A DNA stretch of 63,815 nucleotides, the filler included, from Corallochytrium limacisporum Hawaii (Eukaryota; Protista; Pluriformea): assembly GCA_002811645.1 (NCBI GenBank). It is 5 parts of 5 records of this genome, joined end to end, with 100 filler letters (N's around TTAATTAATTAA, not from the genome) between each part and the next. Parts side by side here need not be neighbours in the genome. Positions count along the whole stretch, not along the records: positions 21,491 to 44,355 come from PDIP01000176.1; 4 more parts are not named here. The stretch is one strand, 5' to 3'. The position numbers and the translations under genes are program-made. The notes below the pieces were generated by a model that was given only the letters and a program-made list of their open reading frames with translations, did no database searches and had not been told where the DNA came from. Below are positions 25,101-35,685 of the stretch, in pieces (position 1 is the stretch's first letter; each line of letters opens with the position of its first letter).

Positions 25101-25797
25101 CGCTCTGCAGGCGAGTAATTTCTTTCTGGTTTGCCTGGAATTCTTGATAGTCGTGCTTCTCCTGCTGCAGTCGATTAAGTTTGGGTAGAATTTCTTCTTC
25201 TAGTAAGCGCCGAATTTCTTCAAGTTTCTTCTGTTTCTTTTCCATAGTGTTCAAGGCTAGTTCGCGCTTCTTTTCAAACATACCAGTGCCCGCCGCTTCC
25301 TCCACCTTGCTGAGAATTTCGATGGGCTTCATGTTGAGGACCTTAGTAATGGTTCCTTGCATGATTAAGAAGTTTGGGTTGTTTACATTCAACTGCACTC
25401 CTTGAAACAAGTTTTCAATCTGGTTCTTCTGAACAACTCGACCATTGATCATGTACTTGTTCTTGCCTCCTATCATCACGGTTCGTGTGACCTGGATTTG
25501 GTCATAGTCACGGTAACCCGGATGACTGCTTTCTTTGTCCGTGTTATTGAACACCAAAGTCACGCTAGCTTTGTTCACTCCGGCCTGACCTTGCTTGTAG
25601 ACGAGATCATTCATACTGCTGGCACGAATGCTCCCCATATTGGAGATACCGAGGACAAAGCAGATGGAGTCCAGGATATTGGACTTTCCACTGCCGTTAA
25701 ATCCTGTAATGGCATTGAAGTGTCTGTCAAATTTGCCGACCTGCACCCTGCGGGCGTAGGATTTGAAGCCGTCAATGACGACCTCTTCGAGATGCAT
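22135..25797 (-). CDS. SMC2: Condensin subunit SMC2
   Basis: 1220 aa. N-terminal IDGFKSY...FNAITGFNGSGKSNILDSICFVLGI, VQLNVNNPNFLIMQG, coiled coils, hinge (GTLTGG), signature LSGGQRSLVAL, and Walker B YILDEVDAALDLSHTQNIG, which is SMC2-typical. Confidence 0.97.
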   Translation of the reverse strand: MHLEEVVIDGFKSYARRVQVGKFDRHFNAITGFNGSGKSNILDSICFVLGISNMGSIRASSMNDLVYKQGQAGVNKASVTLVFNNTDKESSHPGYRDYDQIQVTRTVMIGGKNKYMINGRVVQKNQIENLFQGVQLNVNNPNFLIMQGTITKVLNMKPIEILSKVEEAAGTGMFEKKRELALNTMEKKQKKLEEIRRLLEEEILPKLNRLQQEKHDYQEFQANQKEITRLQSVVVSYAYLTKTKELSSKLEEIDQSKSRRDQITREIADAETVVADLATQIKAAEQKRDMESGGELKDAESAVESAGRKLVEAKTAADQGAKDLDEERKNLTKVIAALEEVHQKQKEKSDAIDTTTEQSRTKDAENLAKVEKYERLQQQYRSATVGVDEAGKGKTMMAELMEAKSRVADLETSMVRTEQKATRAKKALEKAQKKAGASSKKLDKVRTAIAKREEDIKALQAEVDGLSQAQSQSQQDHNAVDVRALQRQRTQKTTELEAIQERMETLNSRLRAIQFEYKDPERGFDRSRVKGRAAQLVTVQSKEHNLALEIAAGGRLYNVIVDTVDTGKKLLKHGQLKKRVTIIPLDDVAKRSLSAKQIAVAEQEVGKENIHTALSLVGYDAELEPAMQFIFGTTLVARDMNAAQRVAFHPQVMARTVTLDGEEFDPSGTLTGGSAPGGSGMLSCLADLQSEQAHLAIVQQALQKIEDSLNAAEEGSAALEAAQDRLSAAQDELTRLQAELAGSADNAVLQEVEDLQRAIDDDQAALARDAELLAQAKDEVTATQERIDAMSGSREETLAQLKKDVAAAKKEADKSQKELKVARDQLNEMKLELETLRTDELATEEDVQKGKDMVAETEKRHAGLLEAVETCQEDLETKEQILTDLRAKTAAMDDEIQKLQQESHRRSKQQDKDRHTLEKLHEQIKENERHQKDLQSTARELESKHPWVVEDLPLFGQEGSDYDYTRYNPKQASKRLRALEEKQRHLEGKINRSVYATLEKTEKECRELKSRYAKVQEDKEKIEHAIEDLNRKKRDAVERTQTTVSKDFGSIMESLLPGVTAALMPPEGSTSAMDGLEFRVAFNGKWKESLTELSGGQRSLVALSFILALLRFNPAPVYILDEVDAALDLSHTQNIGRMLKRHFSNSQFVVVSLKEGMFNHANVLFRTKLVNGVSTVARHAAASSAASSPATKENLDLVGSGKGATHAAKRRQRQPLGTAN

Positions 25798-26053
25798 TGT
25801 TCCGGTTTCGAGAGAAAATACTGTTCACCTACTCCAACTCAGTGGACCGATCTTACTTTTCCCTAGAAGCTTGGGATATCGAAGTACCATTGGAAAAAGT
25901 ACACGAAATTGTGGCTCCCAAGTACGAAAACATCTTGAGAACAGTATTGTTAAGGCTATGAGAGCTATGGTGCGTAGCACCGAACGAGTGCATCCTTCGA
26001 AGTTCCCTTGAGACTCATCGTCCCTTTAACTCTCCCGCACCTCCGAGTCAAAA

Positions 26054-26067
26054 TTTTCCCGCGCAAA
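26054..26067. promoter_or_regulatory. Candidate overlapping E2F site in the SMC2/RAD5 divergent promoter
   Basis: TTTTCCCGCGCAAA contains TTTCCCGC, with TTTGCGCG on the opposite strand, between two head-to-head genome-maintenance genes. Confidence 0.45.
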
Positions 26068-26875
26068 TTTGGCTTCAGCACTTACTGTACTGCAGGTATC
26101 TGGTGCTGGGGAAGCCTAAAGTTCCTCCACCCCCCGGTAGGGGGGTGTTCTTTCCGAGAGTGTTCTGGTCAGCCATCGGTCTTCCCCGGGGGGGGTAAGG
26201 AAATACCAACGGGCAACTTACGAAATAGATCAATATTATTGATAATTGTCCCCACCGATCGCTCTTTCAGCACGCAGCTCACTTTTGCACGGAGATCTCT
26301 TCGGCCCCCTGAGCTCATTGCGGGCTGGGGGGTACCGAACGGAGAACTCAGGCTAAAAAATGGGAGACTACTGCTGCGCAAAGGAGGGAGTCCTTCCGGG
26401 TGGGCCCGCGGAACTGTTCGCGCTCAAAACTCCTGAGCCTCCATGAGACCCCTTCCCGGAAACGTTGTCAGGCTGATCCGGTCCTGGGCGGCTCTTCCAT
26501 CAAAGGCGCTCACTCTGTAATGATAAGTGTCTGTTCTGTGCGTGCAGTATACGAGCAAAAAATAAAGCGTTCAGTGACCCCATGCTAGGTATAGTGTGAC
26601 CTGCCATTTTTGCTTCACCTAATGGGGCACCTATTTGTGCAGAACCACGATATCATCCTTCGGAGAATCTCGGCGTTGGGAAAATCGTTCGGCCAAGCAA
26701 GTTACTACAATTTCTAAATTGAAACAGGGTGCCAGTATCGGAAGATAGACCACTTACACGCTGCAGGATAAAAATGAGATATTCCAAATATGTGAGATCC
26801 TCGTAGGGAAGGATCTCTCCTAAGTGGAACAGAACAATTGTGTCGGCGAGTGAGGGTGAAGGCCATAGCAGCACT

Positions 26876-29800
26876 ATGGCCCCAGTTGCTCATACATCAT
26901 TGTCCGTCTTGGATGACCAGGCCATTAAGGCAATAGCAGATATCATTGGCGATGATGTGCGAAGCAAGGTAAGCAATGACAATGCCCTCACTGGTGAACG
27001 AGAAGTCTACCGTGCTTTACTAAAGAAAGCGAACAATACGATCGAGAACGCGATCTCTTTGTGGTATGAAGGTGACTTGGAAGACACCATGCGGCTGGCC
27101 CGCACTCGGAGCAAGTCTCACCTTTCCGTAAATCTTAAGAAACCTGATAATTCAGAGTATGACCGAGGATTGAATAAGCGTCTGAAAGTGTGCAACGATG
27201 CCATGGACAGTGAGACTAGTTCTGGACTGACAGCAGAGTCGCGGAAGATGGAATCGAGGGATGAGCAGGAGCGCTCCAGATTTGCGACAGATTTTGTCGA
27301 TTTTGCCAGACGCAAGAGCAGAGCAGATAAGAGTAGTAGCAACAGCAGCGGGGATGAAAGTGTTGTAGAAGTGGGGTCACACGATAAGCAACAGAGTGAT
27401 GACAGCGGACACGAACAGGAAAATATCAGGCGTCTCAATGCACTTACATGGCCTGTCAAGCTAGGAGTTCTGCTTGCTTCTGCCTCTGTTGGTCGCTCAG
27501 GACAAAAGTGGGAACCTGAGCAATATTTTGTATTGACCCGAGGCAAGCACCAGCAGCAGAAGGCCGTCGATCGGCGGATGGGAAAGGGTACTGAAGACAG
27601 CCGGACTTCCATAGTCATGGGTAGGAACAACAAAGTAAACAATACTGTCTACTTTCGCACTGATGCTGGAATAGATATTGGACGAGTTCATTCCGAATTC
27701 ACACAGTACCTTTGCCCCATGCTCGACCACAACATCATCACCGTAGACGGACATATTGTGGAGGAAAACCATCGTGCGGAGATGGGCACTGATTTTACAC
27801 TAATTTGCAATGTCTACTTGAATCGCACGGGCCTTCGGATACTCCTAGAGACGGACATTAACACATCGCTGGAGAAAGTGGCCGCGCAGTCCGCAATCAA
27901 AGAGGGTTTCCTCGGACTTCTCGACCAAATGGATGTGCAACCGACCGCAGTGGGATCTACTGCAGGCAGGACGCGCCAGCGTATCCTTGACATTGCTCGC
28001 AGCAACCAAAATGCTAAGGAGGACGAGTTAAATGATGCTGCTGAGAACACTCAGCAGCTAACGAGCGAGGATTTGCTCGGCCTGTACTCTGAAGTCGCGG
28101 ACGTGCGTGACGACATCATGGTGAAACCACCGTCCAAGCATTTCAGAAGCAACTTGCGGCCGTACCAACAGAAGGCTTTGAGCTGGATGATCGCAAGGGA
28201 AGAAGACAGTGGATCGCAGCCATTAGAGCAGGATCTAACTCTGGAAGAAGAACAGAAGCAACAATTGCATCCTCTGTGGGTTGAGTATCAGTTTGATGGG
28301 GCCAAGTACCCCGTGTACTATAATCCCTACACTGGTGAGATGGACTTAGTACGACCACAGGCAGCGAAACGGGCTATGGGTGGCATCCTTGCGGATGAAA
28401 TGGGCCTGGGCAAGACGGTACAGATAATCGCACTTATAACCACCGGCGACGAGAGCATTGCAGACCGCAACGCGGAAAGGGCAACCGCGGCCTCGAAGCA
28501 AAGTGGTACGAGCGTGAAAGCCGATCCAGTAGGACCAACCCTTGTAGTTTCACCACTGTCCCTTGTTACACAGTGGAAGGAAGAGTTGATTTTGCACTCG
28601 GATATCGGTACGGATAAGATTCTTATCTATCACGGCTCTGGGCGGAACGACAAGCTCGATTTTAGGAAGTATCGCGTGGTACTCACCAGCTATGGCACGA
28701 TGTCTTCAGAGTGGGCACTACGTAAAGGCGAGGGCCCCCTACACGCGTTTACTCGCTGGAACCGCATTGTCATTGACGAAGCGCATATGATTAAGAACCG
28801 CAACACACAGGTAAGCAAGGCAGCAACTGCGATGGAGGCCCGGACCCGTTGGTGCCTGACTGGCACCCCAATTCTAAATTCCCTGGACGACATGTATGCG
28901 CTCGTGCGTTTCCTGCACGTTGATCCGTGGCAATCCTGGCCGTTCTGGAACACCCACATCTCCAAGCCATTTAATGAAGAGCGCAGTCGAGAAGCATTGG
29001 ATACAATGAAGGCAGTGCTGCGGCCGCTAGTCCTTCGACGGACGAAGGACATGATGGACGAATCTGGCAAACCTATTCTCACCCTCCCGCCGAAAAACAC
29101 GCTCATGATCCGTGTAGAGCTAAGCCAAGAGGAACGTGAGTTCTACGATGCCATTTTTAATCGCACGTTCACTCGTTTCCAGCAGTTCGAGGCTGCCGGA
29201 TCGCTGCTCAAGAACTATGCCAGCGTTCTTGAATGGATCCTGCGTTTGCGGCAGGCCTGCGATCATCCGTTTTTGACAATGGCCAATCAAGCCAACAAGC
29301 AGAGCGACGTGAACAAGCTCCTAGATTCGAGCCCTTTGGCTGATCTTGACGAGCTTATCAACCGCTTCGTGGAGAACAGCATTGGGAAAGCCAATTTTGA
29401 CTATGTGCGGGCCACAGCGGAGAGTATGAAGACCAACCTTACGAAATTTGCCACTGACACCGAATGTCCGATCTGTTTAGACACAGTGGAGGATCCGTTG
29501 ATTGGTCCATGCATGCATCCGGGTTGCCGCAAGTGCTACGAGAAAGTTGTATTTCAGCTCAGGCAGTGTCCAGTGTGCCGTGAGGACATGATGCTAAGTG
29601 AACTAGAACCACTGCCACTCCCCAAACCCGAGGACGAGGTCCAGTCGACCAGCGATAAAGGCACCGAAGAAGCGGTAGATTCAGGGACAGCATCTGGGAT
29701 GACAGCGGAAGGAACCGAAGCGGGCCTTAGCAAGGAAGCGCTTAGCCACATCGAAGAGTCTTCTAAGATTCGTAGTCTGCTAGAGGATATTGAAGATCAC

Positions 29801-30355
29801 TGTGAGGAGAAGTGCGTTGTCTTCAGCCAATGGACATCCATGCTGGACTTAGTGGAGAAGGCTCTGCGTAAGAGAAAAGTTAAGTTTGTTCGCTTGGATG
29901 GCAGCTGCAATCTCAACACACGGCGTCGCCTGATTGAGGTGTTTATGGATCCCAGCAGTGACGTCACCGTCTTTCTGATCTCTATCCGTGCAGGTGGTGT
30001 GGGACTCAACCTGACGGCAGCAACCCGCCTCCATGTTCTCGATCCGTGGTGGAATGCGCACGTGGAGGAACAGGCCATCAACCGCGTTCATCGGATTGGA
30101 CAAGATAAGCCTGTCACTGTGCGCCGCTACATTGCCAAACGTACCATTGAAGAACGTTTACTGCTGCTACAGAAGCACAAAAGCGCCATTGTCGAAGAAG
30201 CCCTGGCTCTGTCCAAGGAAGAGGAAAGCGCCATGCGCCTGGAGAACCTGAAGCTGTTGTTCAATCCATCTACATCATTAACGCAGAGTCTGGACGATAT
30301 CCACAACACTAGTGCGGATTCATCCGTGTTGCAGCCGCCGCCACAGCCACAGTGA
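26876..30355 (+). CDS. RAD5: Rad5/HLTF-family SNF2 helicase-RING E3 ligase
   Basis: N-terminal UBA/CUE-like segment and HIRAN-like region, LHPLW, YYNPYTGE, Walker A GGILADEMGLGKT, DEAH, C3HC4 RING (CPIC...CMH..C..C...CPVCR), VVFSQWTSMLD and QAINRVHRIGQ. The first in-frame ATG is at 26876. Confidence 0.95.
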   Translation: MAPVAHTSLSVLDDQAIKAIADIIGDDVRSKVSNDNALTGEREVYRALLKKANNTIENAISLWYEGDLEDTMRLARTRSKSHLSVNLKKPDNSEYDRGLNKRLKVCNDAMDSETSSGLTAESRKMESRDEQERSRFATDFVDFARRKSRADKSSSNSSGDESVVEVGSHDKQQSDDSGHEQENIRRLNALTWPVKLGVLLASASVGRSGQKWEPEQYFVLTRGKHQQQKAVDRRMGKGTEDSRTSIVMGRNNKVNNTVYFRTDAGIDIGRVHSEFTQYLCPMLDHNIITVDGHIVEENHRAEMGTDFTLICNVYLNRTGLRILLETDINTSLEKVAAQSAIKEGFLGLLDQMDVQPTAVGSTAGRTRQRILDIARSNQNAKEDELNDAAENTQQLTSEDLLGLYSEVADVRDDIMVKPPSKHFRSNLRPYQQKALSWMIAREEDSGSQPLEQDLTLEEEQKQQLHPLWVEYQFDGAKYPVYYNPYTGEMDLVRPQAAKRAMGGILADEMGLGKTVQIIALITTGDESIADRNAERATAASKQSGTSVKADPVGPTLVVSPLSLVTQWKEELILHSDIGTDKILIYHGSGRNDKLDFRKYRVVLTSYGTMSSEWALRKGEGPLHAFTRWNRIVIDEAHMIKNRNTQVSKAATAMEARTRWCLTGTPILNSLDDMYALVRFLHVDPWQSWPFWNTHISKPFNEERSREALDTMKAVLRPLVLRRTKDMMDESGKPILTLPPKNTLMIRVELSQEEREFYDAIFNRTFTRFQQFEAAGSLLKNYASVLEWILRLRQACDHPFLTMANQANKQSDVNKLLDSSPLADLDELINRFVENSIGKANFDYVRATAESMKTNLTKFATDTECPICLDTVEDPLIGPCMHPGCRKCYEKVVFQLRQCPVCREDMMLSELEPLPLPKPEDEVQSTSDKGTEEAVDSGTASGMTAEGTEAGLSKEALSHIEESSKIRSLLEDIEDHCEEKCVVFSQWTSMLDLVEKALRKRKVKFVRLDGSCNLNTRRRLIEVFMDPSSDVTVFLISIRAGGVGLNLTAATRLHVLDPWWNAHVEEQAINRVHRIGQDKPVTVRRYIAKRTIEERLLLLQKHKSAIVEEALALSKEEESAMRLENLKLLFNPSTSLTQSLDDIHNTSADSSVLQPPPQPQ

Positions 30356-30457
30356 CCAGATACACAAACACAAAGGGTTCATAAACAACACTGACGTCTG
30401 ACCTTCTGTTCTTCGTTAATTGTGTTTTATTTGTGCGCGTATTGGTCATTTTTAATT

Positions 30458-33418
30458 TCAAGCCGAGGCGAAGTACTTGCCACTCTTGAGCTGAACAATA
30501 TGCCGCCCGAGCTTCGCTCCCGGACCATCGAGGAAGCGCATGCCAAACAGTGATTGTTGGCTCACGAAACGGGCCCAGATTGATGCCGACGGGATTTCGG
30601 CGGACGGATCCTTCGCAGTGAAGCTGGCCTGCAGCATCACCATTTCCTTGTCGGTCGGCGACAGCACCTTCCAGCGCAGCTGGTCCATGCTCTTGTCCCA
30701 TTCTGCCTCGGGTGAGGATTCACGGTGGTCCGTGTCAACCTTTACTGGCAGTGCAACCTGCACCTCCAGCGGCTCCACAGGCTCATTGCTACTGTCCGTT
30801 TGGTAACGTTCGTGGAATTTGAGGTAAGTCCGCACTTTGTAGCGTTTCTGAGCTTCACCGTCTCCGTCTGAGGGCGTCCAATTGTCCTCGGTCTCCCACC
30901 AGAACGCCAGACGGACTGGCATCTCGTCGCTGTCTGCGAGAGAATCGCTTCGGTAGCTAGCGACGGTCAGGCGAACGGACGAAGAGTCATTGCCGCGGCG
31001 CTGGAGGCGGTCGATCAGCAATTCACGACTGAGGTGCAGCTTGGATACACCGCTGCCGTCGTTCTCTGAGTCCTCATCCGTTTGCTCATCGTCGTCGTCC
31101 GCTTCTATCTCGAATTTGGAGACAATGTCGTTGGTGTGCGGCGAAGGAAGTTCTCGTTGATGCCGCATTTTGATGATTGGATCTGCTGCTAGTCCCTCTA
31201 ACAGGGACGCTGTACCCGCAGGGAAGTTGAGCATGACCTCACCCAAGAGCTGTACGTTGGCCAGCGATCCACCCTTGAAAAACGCATGCAACGTCTCCAC
31301 CACAGCCACGTCGACATTGATGGACTCCACGGAGCCTGTCTTGTCAATATTCAAAGCACTAAGCGACATAGTGGGTGGCGGTACCATCTTGGATGGCGCC
31401 GCCACGTCGGGCTTAGCACTGGTGGAGCTGCCATCCGTAGGATGTGCCGGTGGATGTCCCCGACGCCGGCTGCGGCCTGACGGTGCTGGAGCGGCCAATA
31501 AAGGCGCGACCGGCGGTGGTGTCGGCCTCGGCTTCACTGGGGGTGGCCCTGCCTTGGCGGGAGTGATATTGGAATCATCTGCTGCGGACGCAGATGGAGA
31601 TGCTGTTCCACTGCTTTCCCCCCCGTCGGCCGAATCCTCACCGTGAGATCTTGGGGTGTGGGTGTCATAGTCACCGGCTGCATTATTTATCTTCACACGC
31701 AGCACAGGGTCCGCTCCTGTGCCGCCGTAGCCCGGGATGCCGCGAAGAGCGTTATTTCCGTCCTCATCGTCTGAAAAGTCCGAGTCTCCCTTGGCACCCT
31801 CTTCAAGTGCTTTGCGGAACGCATCAACCTCGTGTTCATCTGGCCTTACAGTGTATCCCTCCTCATCAACCACCGCTTCCCGATTATTCATAGCTCCGAC
31901 AATGACATCCGTGTTGGAGGTGTTTCCAGTGTTGACGCTGTGGCTGTCCTCATCACGATGGTCTTTGCGCTTCCTGCGAATGCTAAAGGCATGTTTAAGA
32001 CGGGTGCCAACTGTTTTCTTTTCTCGAAATTCCTGGCTACCCGTGTCCGACCGGACGGCGTCAATTCCTATGGAATCACCGCTCTGCGCCACCGTCATTG
32101 AGCGCGGTGTCTGCATAGTGTCCGCAGTGACCACACTACGCGGTGACTGTACGTTCTCAGAGAAGCCTTGTGGCTGCGAGACGTCACTGAAATCCATTTG
32201 TGATCCGTTTAGTCCCCCACCCGAAGATACAGCGCCACTTTGGGAATGGGCTACCGAAGGTTCCCTGCTGAAACGTGGAATAGATGAGCTTGTACCCTGC
32301 CGACCCAGTGAAGGCATATTTTGATTGTTCTGGTGCAGTAAGTATGCATATAGCATCATCTCCGGCGTACTCTCATCCATAAGTGCCAGGGCATTCTCCG
32401 CCTGCTTGATCGACCGTTCGTAGGATTGATTAAGCTGCTGAATGTAAGAATAGATCAGTTCTTTCATTTGCTTCAACTGCGCGTGAACTTCGCGCTGATG
32501 GTGATCCGCTGTGAGCAGCAATTCCTGCGTTAGTTCTCCTTTAGCATCCCTCATAAGATCAGCTGCGAGACTGTTATTAGAATTCGGTATTCCTTGCTTT
32601 TGTCTTTTTTCCAGCTTCTTCTTCTGCTTCTCATAGTTCTCTGATAATCCCCTTATCTTGGCACGTTCCTTTTGCAGATCGAATTGGTCATTCACAGGCT
32701 TCCCGGCCAGATCCGCCATTCGCGTAGCAATGTCAAGACGAAGCATATCCAAGTGATCACGCTGGCTCTCCTCGCTTTTCAACACCAACTGTAAATTGAC
32801 TAGCAACGGGGTGGCCACTCCGTACTTGCTCACTAGACTCTTCTGATCACTGCCTCCCACTAGCGTCTTGAACATTTCGTCATCCCTGCGCTTCTTCTTT
32901 GCCAAATTATCCGCCGTTTGCAGGGTCTTGGCCATCTTTTCCACTCCACGCTGGGTCCTTCCAGTCTCGGCGAGCAATTGCTCAAGGTCACGCACATGTT
33001 CCCCAGCCTTATCTGGGTCACAGTGAGTGTTCAGCAGGTCCATCCCAATAGCCTGCTCAGCAGCAGGATCCGGAGATAAAGATCCGCCAGAGGGGGCAGC
33101 GGCAGACTCCTGCACTACAGGTGCAGTTACAGGACTGTCAGGTACTACTCCAGGGATCGGTGTCCCCGATTCAGAATGAATGGACCCATTTTGGTGGAAC
33201 GAATTCATAGATGCACGTTGAGCAGGTGACGCAGGACCAGCTCCTGAATTATGGGAATGTACACTGCCATTGTTCACTGGTGTTGAAAATCCTTCGTCGC
33301 TGACCAGAGTGGCAAGCCAGTCTCCTGAGGCTGAGGAGGACTTGATGGTCTGTTCTGGCTGCTTTCCGTTGGCAGGTGCTCCGCCGTTCATGGGATCGAA
33401 ATCGACTAAATCTGCCAT
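30458..33418 (-). CDS. Muniscin (FCHo1/2/SGIP1/Syp1-like) endocytic adaptor with a BAR-like domain, AP2-activating motif and mu-homology domain
   Basis: VDEEGYTVRP matches the FCHo/SGIP1 APA motif. VAVVETLHAFFKG...GEVMLNFPAG and the terminal SGKYFA match the muniscin muHD. There is a helical coiled region at aa ~140-350. The ATG is in a Kozak context (atcaccATGG). Confidence 0.88.
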   Translation of the reverse strand: MADLVDFDPMNGGAPANGKQPEQTIKSSSASGDWLATLVSDEGFSTPVNNGSVHSHNSGAGPASPAQRASMNSFHQNGSIHSESGTPIPGVVPDSPVTAPVVQESAAAPSGGSLSPDPAAEQAIGMDLLNTHCDPDKAGEHVRDLEQLLAETGRTQRGVEKMAKTLQTADNLAKKKRRDDEMFKTLVGGSDQKSLVSKYGVATPLLVNLQLVLKSEESQRDHLDMLRLDIATRMADLAGKPVNDQFDLQKERAKIRGLSENYEKQKKKLEKRQKQGIPNSNNSLAADLMRDAKGELTQELLLTADHHQREVHAQLKQMKELIYSYIQQLNQSYERSIKQAENALALMDESTPEMMLYAYLLHQNNQNMPSLGRQGTSSSIPRFSREPSVAHSQSGAVSSGGGLNGSQMDFSDVSQPQGFSENVQSPRSVVTADTMQTPRSMTVAQSGDSIGIDAVRSDTGSQEFREKKTVGTRLKHAFSIRRKRKDHRDEDSHSVNTGNTSNTDVIVGAMNNREAVVDEEGYTVRPDEHEVDAFRKALEEGAKGDSDFSDDEDGNNALRGIPGYGGTGADPVLRVKINNAAGDYDTHTPRSHGEDSADGGESSGTASPSASAADDSNITPAKAGPPPVKPRPTPPPVAPLLAAPAPSGRSRRRGHPPAHPTDGSSTSAKPDVAAPSKMVPPPTMSLSALNIDKTGSVESINVDVAVVETLHAFFKGGSLANVQLLGEVMLNFPAGTASLLEGLAADPIIKMRHQRELPSPHTNDIVSKFEIEADDDDEQTDEDSENDGSGVSKLHLSRELLIDRLQRRGNDSSSVRLTVASYRSDSLADSDEMPVRLAFWWETEDNWTPSDGDGEAQKRYKVRTYLKFHERYQTDSSNEPVEPLEVQVALPVKVDTDHRESSPEAEWDKSMDQLRWKVLSPTDKEMVMLQASFTAKDPSAEIPSASIWARFVSQQSLFGMRFLDGPGAKLGRHIVQLKSGKYFASA

Positions 33419-35412
33419 GGTGATATTTGTCTTTCTTAAGCTAAACAAGCAGTCGTGTGTGATAATAGTGTTGTGTACTTTTTGCTCCTCAGTATATGAG
33501 TTCTAATGCTCCATTTTCTTAGCTTTTGTCCCTGAGTTACTTCCTTGCCCACTACAATGACAGCAGGGTCATTGGAAAGATGGTCGTCCTATGATTTCCT
33601 CAGCAACGTCAGCATTTCCTTTCGGATCTCCTTTTCCAAGTACCAGATTAATTTTAAAAGCTAAAAAATACAAACCGATCCAACAGAAACCGTCAGTCAC
33701 CTCTGAGACCTGCTTATTCTCTATTTTTCTGAATGTTGTTTTCCGAAGCTTGTAAGCAGTTGCCCTCCTGCCTGTCGCTGTCACCCGCCCTCTCGAAGGG
33801 GGGGTTTCCCAGCAGGGGCATCACGACGAGGTCTCGGTCCCTCCCCCCCCCCTGCGCCGGCCCCCCGCCNNNNNNNNNNNNNNNNNNNNNNNNNNNNNNN
33901 NNNNNNNNNNNNNNNNNNNNNNNNNNNNNNNNNNNNNNNNNNNNNNNNNNNNNNNNNNNNNNNNNNNNNNNNNNNNNNNNNNNNNNNNNNNNNNNNNNNN
34001 NNNNNNNNNNNNNNNNNNNNNNNNNNNNNNNNNNNNNNNNNNNNNNNNNNNNNNNNNNNNNNNNNNNNNNNNNNNNNNNNNNNNNCGGCCCCCCTCCCCC
34101 TCCTTTTCCTCCTTTGTCTGCAACCAACCATTTCTCACCCAAGCCCCGGCTCTCCTGATCTCCAAAAAATCCAAGATGTTGAGTCAAATGGGCACACACA
34201 CACCGCCAGCAGATCCCCATCCCCGCTCTCCCCCATCCCTCGTCCCGGTGCCCAATTTTTTCCTCTCCTTGGGCCGAAACCCTGGCGGTGGTACCAACTG
34301 TGTAGCACCACTCGGAGAACTTACTCATGTACTTCCTGTTTTTCTTTTCCACTGTTAGGACAGCGCCAACTCGGCCACCGCCACCGAGGGGTCCTACTCA
34401 CCCTCCCGGGAACACAAACCTGAGCTTATGCACGAGACCGAGAAAAATGATACGACACGTTGACACTAAGGAAAAATAGAGAGGAAAAAGTACGGAGAGG
34501 AGCGGGGTGGGGGACGAAAGGGAGCGGTTAGACAGGTTGGATTTGCGGCTGAGCGCTAGACAGACGATAGAAGACAAAAAATGACTGGTCGTGGTAGGGA
34601 GTTAGTTTCGACAGTTGCGACGCAAAGTGAGTCGGAGGGGGGGGGGGGGCCAAGGGCCAAAGGGGGGGCAGGTGTGTTCGTGGAAAGGAACAACACCTAC
34701 CCCCCCCCCGTTGGCTAAGTGTGAATATGCTCGTAGCTAATGAAGACCGCAACAGAAACGAAAGGGAGTGGGTGGGAGGAGGGGGGCTTCCAGGTGAGAT
34801 GATGAAGGCAACTGACGGAGCACCCGCACAGGTGTGGGCAGACGGCAGACGGTAGACGGTCAAAGAGGATGGGCGGAATGAAAGTTTTTTTGGGTCAGAA
34901 TTAGTGGGACTGGGCGAACACGAAACATGGCACACACGCACACAACACACCAATGCGATGAATTCATTGCAATTACGTTCCTCCTTTGTGCCATTGCCAA
35001 TTTTTTTTTTCAGTGAGCCATTCCTAACGCTGTGTAACAGTTCTCTCTTGGGTCCAATGGGGAGGGGCTGTGACCGGCCGCGGCCCCTGCGGTAGTTACC
35101 GATGGGTGTATGGGAGAGGACGAGGAGCGGAACACGGTAATCCTTGTGGTCGAGGAGAGGGTAGCGAGTGGGTTGAGCTGAGTCTGATTCTACTCGGCCT
35201 CTGAGCTCCGGCAGGATCCACCGGTGGCCGGCACACGACCGCATCACCTGCAGTCGTTAGGAGCCACGGCTGGGTACGGATGCCATATACCATATGCCAC
35301 GGTACATTAGAGCAGATTACAGGGAATGGTATGAGAGTGTGGGCGACCAGTCATGGGCCTAGGAGGGGACTAGTGAGGGGTGTGGAGGCTGTTCCACACT
35401 GATCCGCCAGCC

Positions 35413-35685
35413 ATGGAGGTGCATCTGTTGATGTTCGGGGAGGCCCGTGAGGTCTGTGATTGGCAAAACGGGGAGACCACCGGTCCCAAAGTCTCACTGC
35501 CAAAGTCAGATTGGAGCTCCGGGGTTGAACTCTTGAACCACTTCGTCAACGAATACGCTGCTCTGGACAGAATCCGCAGCACCCTTTGCTTAGCGGTCGA
35601 TGAAGAGTACGTCGAAATGAAAGAAAGGCTGACCATCCAGGCAGAGTCCCAAATTGCTATAATTCCACCTCTTAGTGGTGGATAG
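35413..35685 (+). CDS. MOCS2A: Molybdopterin synthase sulfur-carrier (small) subunit, MoaD/ThiS fold
   Basis: 90 aa. VHLLMFGEARE...LAVDEEY...IAIIPPLSGG with C-terminal di-Gly. Start context is gccagccATGG. Confidence 0.92.
   Translation: MEVHLLMFGEAREVCDWQNGETTGPKVSLPKSDWSSGVELLNHFVNEYAALDRIRSTLCLAVDEEYVEMKERLTIQAESQIAIIPPLSGG

Noticed and set aside
22139-25866. Long plus-strand ORFs opposite SMC2, and similar shadows over RAD5, the muniscin and the GPI gene
   Set aside because: Antisense shadows caused by the codon bias of the real genes.
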